A stretch of 64,000 nt of DNA. Source: Actinomycetota bacterium. Its GTDB lineage: Bacteria; Actinomycetota; Acidimicrobiia; Acidimicrobiales; Ilumatobacteraceae. Position 1 is the stretch's first letter. The number at the start of each line of letters is the position of its first letter. Position numbers and translations under genes: made by a program. Below the pieces are notes generated by a model. The model was not told the origin of the DNA, did not search any database, and saw only the letters and a program-made list of their open reading frames with translations. Below, piece after piece: positions 46,420 through 55,114 of the stretch. The stretch lies in NCBI GenBank assembly GCA_046091605.1, contig JBJTCB010000016.1, positions 2,593 to 66,592 on the forward strand, given 5' to 3'.

Positions 46420-48297
46420 ATGACCACACACGAGGAGGCCGACACGATGACCACCCCCACCGCACAGAACGGCCAGCAGACGACTGGCCAAGTACCTGCA
46501 AGTGCAGTACCGACGAGCCCCGCACCGGTGATTCCTGCGCCGCGCGACCTCTATGCCGAGCAGCAGCGCGACATCGAGCGCTTCGAGATCGCAATCGATC
46601 AGTACCTGCGTGGTGAGATCGCCGAGGATGTGTTCCGTGTGATGCGCCTCAACAACGGCGTCTATGGTCAGCGTCAGGGCGGCACCAACCAGATGATCCG
46701 CATCAAGTTCCCCGCCGGGACCATCGTTCCCGAACAGTTCGAGATGATGGCCGAGATCGCCACCGAGTTCTCGCGCGGCTGGGGCCACATCACCACGCGC
46801 CAGAACATCCAGTTCCATTTCGTGGAGCTCTCGAGGATCCCGGAGGTTCTGCGCCGCATCTCGCGCGTGGGGCTGACCTCGCGCGAGGCCTGTGGCGACA
46901 CCGTGCGCAACGTGGCCGCGTGCCACCTCGCCGGTGCGTGCCCCCACGAGAAACTCGACGTCACCCCGTGGGCAGAGGCCGTGTTCGAGCACTTCGTGCG
47001 CAACCCGCTCGGTCAGCGCCTCCCGCGCAAGTTCAAGGTGAACTTCTCGGGCTGTTCCACCGACTGCGGTCAGGCGATGTTCAACGATGTCGGCGTGGTG
47101 GCCGTCACCCGCACGCGCGACGACGGCTCGGTGGAGTCCGGGTTCCGCGTCTACATCGCCGGTGGACTCGGCGCGACGCCGCACCCCGCACTCGCACTCG
47201 AGGACTTCACGACCCGCGAGGATCTGCTCCCCACGATCGAGGCGGCGCTGCGCGTCTTCGACCAGACGGGCAATCGGGAGAACAAGCTCCGCGCGCGCAT
47301 GAAGTGGCTGGTCGACCAGTTGGGCATCGACGAAGTGCGCCGTCGCGTGATCAAGGTGCGCCACACGCTGCCCGCCTCGTCGTCGTGGCCCGGCGGAATC
47401 CCCGCTGCGGTGAGTGCTGCCGGGGATGAACCGGCCGGCACGGCGGGTGAGGTCACCGAGGTCGGCCACGGGGTGCGGGTGACACTGCGGTCGCGGGATC
47501 CCTACGAGAGATGGGCGGAGGCCTCCGTCGTGCGTGGCACCAAGGATGGTCTCGTCTCTGCGGTCGCCTACGCACAACTGGGTGACATCACTGCCGCCCA
47601 GTTCCGTGGACTCGCCGCGATCCAGCGCCGGTTCTCGGCCGATGTGCGGCTCTCCAACCGGCAGAACGTGGTGTTCCGTTCGGTCGACCCGGCACGTCTG
47701 CCCGAGTTGTTCGAGGCGCTCGCCGCGATCGGAATGGCCATGCCCGGTGCAGAACTGGCTCGTGATGTCGTGTCGTGCCCGGGTGCCGACACCTGCAACA
47801 TCGCCGTCACCCAGTCGCGTGGTCTCGCCAAGGCGATCGGTGACCGGCTCGAGGAGGAGGGCCTCGCCGAGGTCGGTGGCGTGAGGATCAACATCTCGGG
47901 CTGCTCGAACAGTTGTGGCCAGCACCATGCATCCGACATCGGCCTCTTCGGGGCCGAGCGGCGCGCGCATGGTCGGTCACTGCCCGGGTACCAATTGCTG
48001 CTCGGCGGCCACGTCGGGGACGAACAGATCCACTTCGGCCAGAAGACACTGCGCCTGCCGGCCAGGAACGCACCCGAGGGCGTGGCGCGTGTCGTGCGGC
48101 GCTTCGCCGCCGAGCGTGACGCGGGGGAGTCGTTCCGCGGATGGCTCGATCGTGCTGGTGGCACGACCGCGCTCGCAGCCGACTTGCGCGATCTCGACCA
48201 TGTCCCGACTCCCGATGAGGGGCCGGATTTCTTCGTCGACTACGACGAGACGGACCCCTTCACCGCCGAGGTGTCCGAGTCCGAGTGCGCGACCTGA
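46420..48297 (+). CDS. sirA: Ferredoxin-dependent sulfite reductase (NirA/Sir family, siroheme-[4Fe-4S])
   Basis: Two nitrite/sulfite reductase repeats. Cluster and siroheme Cys motifs are CPGADTCNIA and SGCSNSCGQHH. ATG 46420 is chosen (TTG 46405 is possible). Confidence 0.92.
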   Translation: MTTHEEADTMTTPTAQNGQQTTGQVPASAVPTSPAPVIPAPRDLYAEQQRDIERFEIAIDQYLRGEIAEDVFRVMRLNNGVYGQRQGGTNQMIRIKFPAGTIVPEQFEMMAEIATEFSRGWGHITTRQNIQFHFVELSRIPEVLRRISRVGLTSREACGDTVRNVAACHLAGACPHEKLDVTPWAEAVFEHFVRNPLGQRLPRKFKVNFSGCSTDCGQAMFNDVGVVAVTRTRDDGSVESGFRVYIAGGLGATPHPALALEDFTTREDLLPTIEAALRVFDQTGNRENKLRARMKWLVDQLGIDEVRRRVIKVRHTLPASSSWPGGIPAAVSAAGDEPAGTAGEVTEVGHGVRVTLRSRDPYERWAEASVVRGTKDGLVSAVAYAQLGDITAAQFRGLAAIQRRFSADVRLSNRQNVVFRSVDPARLPELFEALAAIGMAMPGAELARDVVSCPGADTCNIAVTQSRGLAKAIGDRLEEEGLAEVGGVRINISGCSNSCGQHHASDIGLFGAERRAHGRSLPGYQLLLGGHVGDEQIHFGQKTLRLPARNAPEGVARVVRRFAAERDAGESFRGWLDRAGGTTALAADLRDLDHVPTPDEGPDFFVDYDETDPFTAEVSESECAT

Positions 48298-48478
48298 GCC
48301 GCTGATGACCTCACCCCGCGGTCGCGCTTGGTGTGCTCTTCGCGGATGTGGTCCTTCAGTCGGCTCATGACGGCACCGTAGTGGTCGGTGCCACGCACCG
48401 CGACGGACGATCGTCCCGCATCTCCCGCTCGCCACTATCGTCGGTTGGGCACGGTTCGGATCGAGGGGAGAGCACGCC

Positions 48479-49414
48479 ATGGTGCAATTCGGAGTGCACG
48501 TCGGGGTCCAGAACGCGACGGTGGAGCAATTGCGCACGCTCTGGACGTGGCTCGATGCGGCGGGGGTGGACTGGATCTCGCTGTGGGATCACCTCTACGA
48601 GGCGCCCCCCGCGGGCGGCACGCAGCCCCATTTCGAGGCGTTCTCGATGTTGGGCGCACTCGCGGCCGACACCACGCGCGCCAGGCTGGGATGTCTCGTG
48701 TTCTGTTCCCAGTACAGGAACGTCGGCATCGTCATGAAGGGAGCCATCTCGGTCGACCACCTCAGCCGCGGTCGGTTCGAGCTCGGGATGGGCAGCGGCT
48801 GGCACGATCAGGAAGCGACCGCGTTTGGTTTCGATTTCCCCTCCATCGGTCAGCGCTTCAAGGTGCTCGAATCGCAGTTGAATGCGATCACCGCGTGGCG
48901 AAGGGGGGAGAGGGTCACGCACTCCTCTCCCGGTGTCGAGTTGACGGACGCCTCGATGGTGCCCGGGCCGATGGGTCGTCTCCCGATCTGGATCGGTGGC
49001 ACCGGCCGGCAAAAGACCCTCCGGCTGGCAGGGGCATTCGCCGACGGATGGAATGCGGCCTACGTGAGCCCCGCCGACTACCGCGAGCTGAACGGCATCC
49101 TCGACGACTGGTGCGGCACCGCCGGTCGCGAACCCGCCGATGTCGAGCGCTCGATCAATCTCTCGTGGGGGGTCAGTCGCGATGACATCGGCGTAGTCGA
49201 GTCGCAACTGCGCGACCAGTGGGGGCCCGCCGCTGACCGCATCATCTCGGGTTCGTTGCTCGGCAGACCCTCCGATGCCGCCGAACAAGTGGCGCGTTTC
49301 GTCGACGCCGGCGCCCAGATGGTCAACATCGCGATTCGACCGCCATGGGACCAGGACCTGCTCGCCGAGTACATCGAGCAGGTGGTGCCCGCTCTGCGCC
49401 GCGAGTTCTCCTGA
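48479..49414 (+). CDS. LLM-class (luciferase-like) F420-dependent oxidoreductase
   Basis: MVQFGVHV...ISLWDHLY...HFEAFSMLGALAADT...GRFELGMGSGW. 311 aa. Confidence 0.85.
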   Translation: MVQFGVHVGVQNATVEQLRTLWTWLDAAGVDWISLWDHLYEAPPAGGTQPHFEAFSMLGALAADTTRARLGCLVFCSQYRNVGIVMKGAISVDHLSRGRFELGMGSGWHDQEATAFGFDFPSIGQRFKVLESQLNAITAWRRGERVTHSSPGVELTDASMVPGPMGRLPIWIGGTGRQKTLRLAGAFADGWNAAYVSPADYRELNGILDDWCGTAGREPADVERSINLSWGVSRDDIGVVESQLRDQWGPAADRIISGSLLGRPSDAAEQVARFVDAGAQMVNIAIRPPWDQDLLAEYIEQVVPALRREFS

Positions 49415-49462
49415 GATCCGACTCCCACTCGGCCCACCGGGTGCGCGGATAGCGTCGTGCGC

Positions 49463-50212
49463 ATGAAGATCGGCGTCCAACTCCACCCCCAGGCAACCAC
49501 CGTCAACGAGATGCGCACCGCGTGGCGTGCCGCCGATGCGATGGGCGCCGACTCGATCTGGGTGTGGGACCACTTCTATCCGCTCTACGGCGACCCCGGT
49601 GCCACGCACTTCGAGGCCTACACACTGCTCGCTGCGATGGCGGCCGACACCTGCCACTCCCAGATCGGTGCGCTCGTCACCTGTTTCACGTACCGGAATG
49701 CGAATCTGCTGGCCGACATGTCGCGCACCATCGATCACATCTCGAACGGACGGTTCGTGCTCGGGCTGGGATCGGGATGGTTCGAGCGCGACTACACCGA
49801 GTACGGCTACGAGTTCGGCACTGCCATCGGCCGGTTGCGCGCGCTCGAGGCCGGTTTGCCCGTGGTGAAGGAGCGTCTCGCACGCCTGAACCCGGGTCCC
49901 GTGAACGGTCGTATCCCGCTGATGATCGGCGGCAGCGGCGAGAAGGTCACGCTCAAGTTGACCGCCCAGCATGCCGACGTGCACAACACTTTCGGGCCGG
50001 TCGACCACTTCCGCCACAAGATGGAGGTGCTAGACCGCTGGTGCGCCGAGGTGGGGCGCAATCCCCGTGAGATCGAACGCACCGTCGCGCTCGCACCGAC
50101 CGAGGCCGACAAGATCGCAGAGTTCGCCGAGGCCGGCGCCGACCATGTCATCTTCATGGTCGGAAACCCCTACGACCTCGGATTCCTGGAAAAGGTCCTC
50201 GCCGCCCGCTGA
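49463..50212 (+). CDS. LLM-class F420-dependent oxidoreductase (shorter tandem paralogue)
   Basis: MKIGVQLHP...IWVWDHFY...HFEAYTLLAAMAADT...GRFVLGLGSGW. It aligns along its length with the preceding gene. Confidence 0.85.
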   Translation: MKIGVQLHPQATTVNEMRTAWRAADAMGADSIWVWDHFYPLYGDPGATHFEAYTLLAAMAADTCHSQIGALVTCFTYRNANLLADMSRTIDHISNGRFVLGLGSGWFERDYTEYGYEFGTAIGRLRALEAGLPVVKERLARLNPGPVNGRIPLMIGGSGEKVTLKLTAQHADVHNTFGPVDHFRHKMEVLDRWCAEVGRNPREIERTVALAPTEADKIAEFAEAGADHVIFMVGNPYDLGFLEKVLAAR

Positions 50213-50290
50213 AGAGACTCCACCCGCTGAGGAGACGCCGCCTCGCTCAGGTTCGCAGGGCGTCGTGCTCGCTCAGGTGCGCAGCGCGTC
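50205..50290. repeat. Two short tandem duplications, each copying the stop-codon region of one of the two convergent genes
   Basis: CCCGCTGA(A/G)GAGAC occurs at 50205-50218 and 50223-50236 (period 18, same frame as the LLM stop). CTCGCTCAGGT(T/G)CGCAG(G/C)GCGTC occurs at 50242-50264 and 50268-50290 (period 26). Both minus-strand copies read DALRT-stop. Confidence 0.85.
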
Positions 50291-51136
50291 GCGATTGAAC
50301 GCGACATCGTCGGCACCGAGCGACGACCGTGAGACCGCACCCGCGAGGTAATCGGCGGGGCTGCGCACATCGTCGACGTAGCCGAGCGCATACGACCCCA
50401 TCGCGTACCCGCACAAGCGCTGGAGGTGGACGGGCAGGTCGCGGGCGATCTCGGGTGGCACCGAGAGGTACTGGTTCTCCTCCTGGCGCAACCAGCCCAG
50501 GACATAGTCGATGTTCAGCCCGGTGCGCACCGCGGTGCTGCGGTTCGCTCCACCGCCGTGGATGGTGCGACCGGTGTAGAGCACGACCGAGCCACGGGGC
50601 ATCACGGCCTGGACCACGCGGTGCGAGTGACCGAGCGTCTCGTTCGATTCGAGGTGTGAGCCGGGAATGATCCTGGTCGCGCCGTTGCCCTCGGTGAAGT
50701 CGTGCATCGCCCAGATCGTGGAGATCTCCACGTCGATGTCGTCGGGGAAGGGGAACGAGTCGAAGCACCATTGGTCGCGGTGCAACGGCTGCTCCGGCGA
50801 GTCCGGACCGATCGAGATCAACTGGGTGAGGTGCAACTGGAACGAGGTCTTCTTCGGCCACAACACCGACTCGCATGCCCCGAGCACGAGGGGATGTGCC
50901 ACGAAGTCCCACGACGCGCGTGAGCGCGCCACGAGAGCCCCGGTGCGCTTGGTGAGAAGACCGGAGAACGAGTCGGCACCGTTCGGTGTCGCATCGATCC
51001 ACGGGGCCATGTCGGCCATCAGGGCATCGACGGCGGCCTCGGGCATCAGTCGTTCGACGATCGCACACCCGGCGGACCGCAGCGCCTCCGACACCTGGTC
51101 GACGGTGGCGTCCGGTCCGAAGCGGGGTATCTCCAT
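50273..51136 (-). CDS. Phytanoyl-CoA dioxygenase (PhyH)-family Fe(II)/2OG oxygenase
   Basis: Start is the internal ATG at 51136 (MEIPRFGPDATVDQV...). Motifs are the HxD LHRDQW, NGATRIIPGSH and TIHGGGANRS. Confidence 0.85.
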   Translation of the reverse strand: MEIPRFGPDATVDQVSEALRSAGCAIVERLMPEAAVDALMADMAPWIDATPNGADSFSGLLTKRTGALVARSRASWDFVAHPLVLGACESVLWPKKTSFQLHLTQLISIGPDSPEQPLHRDQWCFDSFPFPDDIDVEISTIWAMHDFTEGNGATRIIPGSHLESNETLGHSHRVVQAVMPRGSVVLYTGRTIHGGGANRSTAVRTGLNIDYVLGWLRQEENQYLSVPPEIARDLPVHLQRLCGYAMGSYALGYVDDVRSPADYLAGAVSRSSLGADDVAFNRDALRT

Positions 51137-51235
51137 GTCCCGACCGTAGTCGCGTCCCGGCATCACCGTCGACGGCCGCACCGACCCGCATCTGAAGCGA
51201 CTACCGTGCGCCTTCGGGGCCGACGAGGGGGACCG

Positions 51236-52039
51236 ATGCAGCTCGAGACAGTTCTCTACGAGATCGCCGACGGGGTGGCGACCGTGACCCTGAACCGACC
51301 CGATGCGATGAACGCATGGACGGCCCAACTCGCGGACGATCTTCAACTGGCGATGGGCGCCGCCGACGCCGACGAATCGGTGCGAGCCGTGGTGGTGACC
51401 GGCGCCGGACGCGCGTTCTGTGCCGGAGCCGACCTGAGCGGCGGCGAGGGCGGGTTCGCCCCCGGTCAACGCGGCGGGGTCGATGCCCCGCGCTTGATGC
51501 CGCACCAGGTGCGAAAGCCGGTGATCGCGGCCATCAACGGGCACGCGGTGGGCGTGGGCATCACCTATCCGATGCTCTGCGACATCCGCATCGCGGCGAA
51601 CGAGGCCAAGATCCAGTTCGCGATGGTGCGCCGCGGAATCCTTCCCGAGCTCGGGTCGCACGTGATCCTGCCTCGGGTGATCGGGTTCTCCGCCGCCGCC
51701 GAACTCCTCCTCACGGGCGCGTTGATGACGGGCGAAGAGGCCGCCCGCATCGGAGTGGTGTCACGGGCGTTGCCCGCCGCCGAGGTGGTGCCGGCTGCGC
51801 TCGAGATGGCTCGCGACATCGCGGTGAACGTGGCGCCGGTGTCGGCCGCACTCTCCAAGGAACTGCTGTGGAGGGGTTTGACCTCGCCGCTCGACGAGAT
51901 GATCGCCACCGAGGGTCGCATCATCTCCAAGATGGCCCACAGCCCCGACGCCGCCGAGGGCGTGCGTGCCTTCTTCGAGAAGCGCGATCCCCGTTGGTCG
52001 ATGACTCTGGCCGATGATCTGGGGTCGTTCCGGCCCTGA
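51236..52039 (+). CDS. Enoyl-CoA hydratase/isomerase (crotonase) family protein
   Basis: MQLETVLYEIADGVATVTLNRPDAMNAW, the oxyanion region VVTGAGRAFCAGADL, and AAINGHAVGVG. Confidence 0.9.
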   Translation: MQLETVLYEIADGVATVTLNRPDAMNAWTAQLADDLQLAMGAADADESVRAVVVTGAGRAFCAGADLSGGEGGFAPGQRGGVDAPRLMPHQVRKPVIAAINGHAVGVGITYPMLCDIRIAANEAKIQFAMVRRGILPELGSHVILPRVIGFSAAAELLLTGALMTGEEAARIGVVSRALPAAEVVPAALEMARDIAVNVAPVSAALSKELLWRGLTSPLDEMIATEGRIISKMAHSPDAAEGVRAFFEKRDPRWSMTLADDLGSFRP

Positions 52040-52097
52040 TGCCGTCCCGGTCCGGATGCTGTCCTCACGCACTCTCGTCCTGTACTAGGTTGCACCG

Positions 52098-52874
52098 ATG
52101 AAGACAGCGCAGTTGAACGGCACCATGATCGCCTACGAGGACTCCGGCGGGTCGGGCCCAGCGGTGATTCTCAGCCACGGCTTCCTCATGGACCACTCGA
52201 TGTTCGACCACCAGGTGGCTGCGCTGCGCGCCACGCACCGCGTGGTCACATGGGACGAGCGTGGGTTCGGCGGCACCCGCGCGACGGGTGAGTTCACCTA
52301 CTGGGACTCCGCCAACGACGTGCTCGCACTCATGGACCATCTCGGAATCGACTCGGCCGTGGTCGGGGGAATGTCCCAGGGCGGATTCCTCAGCATGAGG
52401 GTGGCGCTCACGGCACCGGAGCGAGTGCGGGCACTGATCCTCATCGACACCCAGGCCGGCACCGAGGATCCCGCCACGATCGAGCCCTACAACCAACTCC
52501 ACGACGCGTGGGTCGCCCACGGTGCCGCTGCGGTGCAGGACGTGATCGCCGGCATCATCCTCGGCCCCGGGGAATGGTCCGACTGGTTCGCCAAGTGGGC
52601 GACACTCGAGCCCGAGCAGTTCTCGAAGGCCTTCCATTGTCTGATGCACCGCGACGACATCACGGGCCGTCTCGGTGAGATCGCACATCCCACCCTGATC
52701 ATCCACGGCGACGCCGATGTGGCGATCCCGCTCGCCAAGGCCGAGCAGTTGCGCGATCTGATCGCCGGCCCGACCCAACTCGAGGTGATCCCCGGTGGGC
52801 CCCACGCAGCCAACATGACCCATCCCCAGCCGGTCAACGCCGCGATCGTCCGGTTCTTGACCAGCCTGTCCTGA
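52098..52874 (+). CDS. Alpha/beta-fold hydrolase
   Basis: HGFLMD, the nucleophile elbow GGMSQGG, and C-terminal GGPHAAN. Confidence 0.88.
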   Translation: MKTAQLNGTMIAYEDSGGSGPAVILSHGFLMDHSMFDHQVAALRATHRVVTWDERGFGGTRATGEFTYWDSANDVLALMDHLGIDSAVVGGMSQGGFLSMRVALTAPERVRALILIDTQAGTEDPATIEPYNQLHDAWVAHGAAAVQDVIAGIILGPGEWSDWFAKWATLEPEQFSKAFHCLMHRDDITGRLGEIAHPTLIIHGDADVAIPLAKAEQLRDLIAGPTQLEVIPGGPHAANMTHPQPVNAAIVRFLTSLS

Positions 52875-52933
52875 CTGGGATACTTCTCTCCGGTGCGGGC
52901 CCCGTCCCGCCGACGAAGGGGGAGTGATCGGCG

Positions 52934-54151
52934 ATGCCGCTCGAACTTGATCTCGGACCTGCCGCGGAGAAGTTCCGTGGGGAACTCAGGGAATGGCTGG
53001 AGGCGAACAAGCCCGCCGACCTGAGCGGGATGTCGGCCGATGTGGCCCAGCGCACCGATCTGCCCGCGGTGAAGGCATGGGCCGACACCCTCTCGGCGGC
53101 CGGATACATGTGCGTCTCATGGCCGAAGGAGTACGGCGGTGCCGGCCTCACCGGTGTCGAGGTGGCGGTGATGAACGAGGAGTTCGCGCGCGCCCGGGTG
53201 CCGCGTGTGACACGGGGGATGGGCGAGTGGCTCGTCGGGCCCTCGATCATCGTCTGGGGCACCGAGGAGCAGAAGAAGAGGTTCCTCCCGCGCATCATCG
53301 ACGGCACCGATCGGTACTGCCAGGGATTCTCCGAACCCGATGCGGGCTCGGATCTCGCGTCGTTGAAGACCAAGGGAGTGATCGACGGCGAGGAGGTCGT
53401 CATCACCGGTCAGAAGGTGTGGACCTCTGGTGCGACCGCGGCGAACATGATGTTCTGCCTGTGCCGCACCGACGACAGCGCAGCCAAGCACGCAGGTATC
53501 TCCTATGTGCTCCTGCCGATGTTCACCGGGGACGGTGCCTCCAACGGGATCGAGTTGCGTCCGATCAAGCAGCCCCACGGCGTCTCGCACTTCACCGAGA
53601 CATTCCTCACCGAGTCGCGTGCACCGGTCGCCAACATCATCGGCGGCATGAACAACGGATGGCGAGTGACTATGACCACGCTCGGCAACGAGCGCGGCGG
53701 GCACGCCACCACCCAGCACGTGGAGTACACCAAGCAGTTCTGGGAGGCCGTCGAGCTCCTCAAGGAGAAGGGCCGCACCGGTGACCCCATCATCCGCCAG
53801 GAGCTCGCGTGGGCCTACAGCCACGTCGAGATCATGCGGTTCCAGGGACTCAAGCTGCTGTCGGAGGTCGTGGCCCGCAAGGAGCCGGGCCCGGCGGCCT
53901 CGATCAACAAGATGTTCTGGTCCGAGTACGCCCAGAAGTTCACCGAGCGGATGATGAACGCGCGCGGTGCAGAGTCGATGCTGATCGAGGATGGCACCAA
54001 CGGCCGCTACGTGGCGGACCGCTGGACCTCGATGTTCTTCCAGCACCGGTCGTCGACGATCTGGGGTGGCACCGCCCAGGTGCAGCGCAACATCGTGGGC
54101 GAGAGGGTCCTCGGGCTGCCGAAGGAGCCCGATCCCAGCAAGCAGAAGTGA
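52934..54151 (+). CDS. Acyl-CoA dehydrogenase
   Basis: YCQGFSEPDAGSDLASLKT, QKVWTSGA, and C-terminal IWGGTAQVQRNIVGERVLGLP. Confidence 0.92.
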   Translation: MPLELDLGPAAEKFRGELREWLEANKPADLSGMSADVAQRTDLPAVKAWADTLSAAGYMCVSWPKEYGGAGLTGVEVAVMNEEFARARVPRVTRGMGEWLVGPSIIVWGTEEQKKRFLPRIIDGTDRYCQGFSEPDAGSDLASLKTKGVIDGEEVVITGQKVWTSGATAANMMFCLCRTDDSAAKHAGISYVLLPMFTGDGASNGIELRPIKQPHGVSHFTETFLTESRAPVANIIGGMNNGWRVTMTTLGNERGGHATTQHVEYTKQFWEAVELLKEKGRTGDPIIRQELAWAYSHVEIMRFQGLKLLSEVVARKEPGPAASINKMFWSEYAQKFTERMMNARGAESMLIEDGTNGRYVADRWTSMFFQHRSSTIWGGTAQVQRNIVGERVLGLPKEPDPSKQK

Positions 54152-54161
54152 CCGCGCGGTT

Positions 54162-54941
54162 CTAGCGTTTCGGCTTTCCGCGGCGTGGTCGGTCCGTGGT
54201 CGGGGTGTCGGAGAGTCTGAATCGGATCGGCACCGAGAGTTCTGAACGAGTCCGCGAGGCCAATCCGGCCCTGTACATCTGCGGGGGCCGGCCCGGTGAG
54301 GATCCGAAGTCGGCGTACTCATCGAGGGCCTCGACGAATCCCGGGACCTTCTCGACCTTGCGCCTGAAGTTGGCCGGGTCGACCTCGCTCTGGAAGAACG
54401 CCTCATAGACGCCGCGCAGTTCGCTGATCGTGAACTTCGGTCGGCAAAAACCGATCGCGATGCTCGTGTCCTCCAGCATCTTGGTGGCCATCTTGCGGGC
54501 GTCCTCGATGATGTCACGGTGGTCGAACTCGAGCATGTTGCGACCCCGCAGGTCGCGGTAGCGCATGAATCTGGCGTCCTCGGAGTTCAATTCGGGACCC
54601 AACTCGCCAGGATGGGGCACGAGAATCAAGTAGGCGACCGCGATCGCGCGCCATCTGTCGTCGCGATTCGGGTTGCCATAGGCGGCCACCTGGTGGAGGT
54701 CCCGCTTGTTCAGGCGAAGGCCGGTCTCTTCGGTGACCTTGCGCAGGGCCGTCTCCTCGAGCGCCTCGCCATTGCCCACGAGACCACCGGGCAGGGCCCA
54801 TCGGCCATCGCGGACCCCGGGTCGCTTCATCACGAGCACCTCGAGCCGATCCTGGGCCTCGAGCGACCTGGCTTGGTTGATCGTGAAGACGACGGTGTCG
54901 ACGTAGACGTAGAAGTCGGGCTGGACGGATCTCTTGCTCAT
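54162..54941 (-). CDS. nrtR: NrtR-like Nudix-related transcriptional regulator (Nudix domain plus C-terminal winged helix)
   Basis: Start is the internal ATG at 54941 (MSKRSVQPDFYVYVDTVVF...). The Nudix box is GGLVGNGEALEETALRKVTEETGL. The C-terminal FTISELRGVYEAFFQSEVDPANFRRKV is typical of the NrtR wHTH. Confidence 0.8.
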   Translation of the reverse strand: MSKRSVQPDFYVYVDTVVFTINQARSLEAQDRLEVLVMKRPGVRDGRWALPGGLVGNGEALEETALRKVTEETGLRLNKRDLHQVAAYGNPNRDDRWRAIAVAYLILVPHPGELGPELNSEDARFMRYRDLRGRNMLEFDHRDIIEDARKMATKMLEDTSIAIGFCRPKFTISELRGVYEAFFQSEVDPANFRRKVEKVPGFVEALDEYADFGSSPGRPPQMYRAGLASRTRSELSVPIRFRLSDTPTTDRPRRGKPKR

Positions 54942-55114
54942 CCCATCATTTTCGCAGTTTCTTGACCGAAACACCAGTTTTTCGGGATGAGTTAGGGGAA
55001 AAGTGACAAAAATCGCGTCTGCTATACTTGTCGTGCGTACACGAAACCCCGGCACAGGTCTCGTGTACAACTGTGAGCGGCACCCGGGTCCCCGGGGCCG
55101 GACAAGGAGCCCAG

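Noticed and set aside
48240-48368. 42-codon minus-strand ORF (MSRLKDHIREEHTKRDRG...) in and beyond the sirA 3' end
   Set aside because: Most of it is antisense to the sulfite reductase coding region. It has no RBS and is too short to evaluate.
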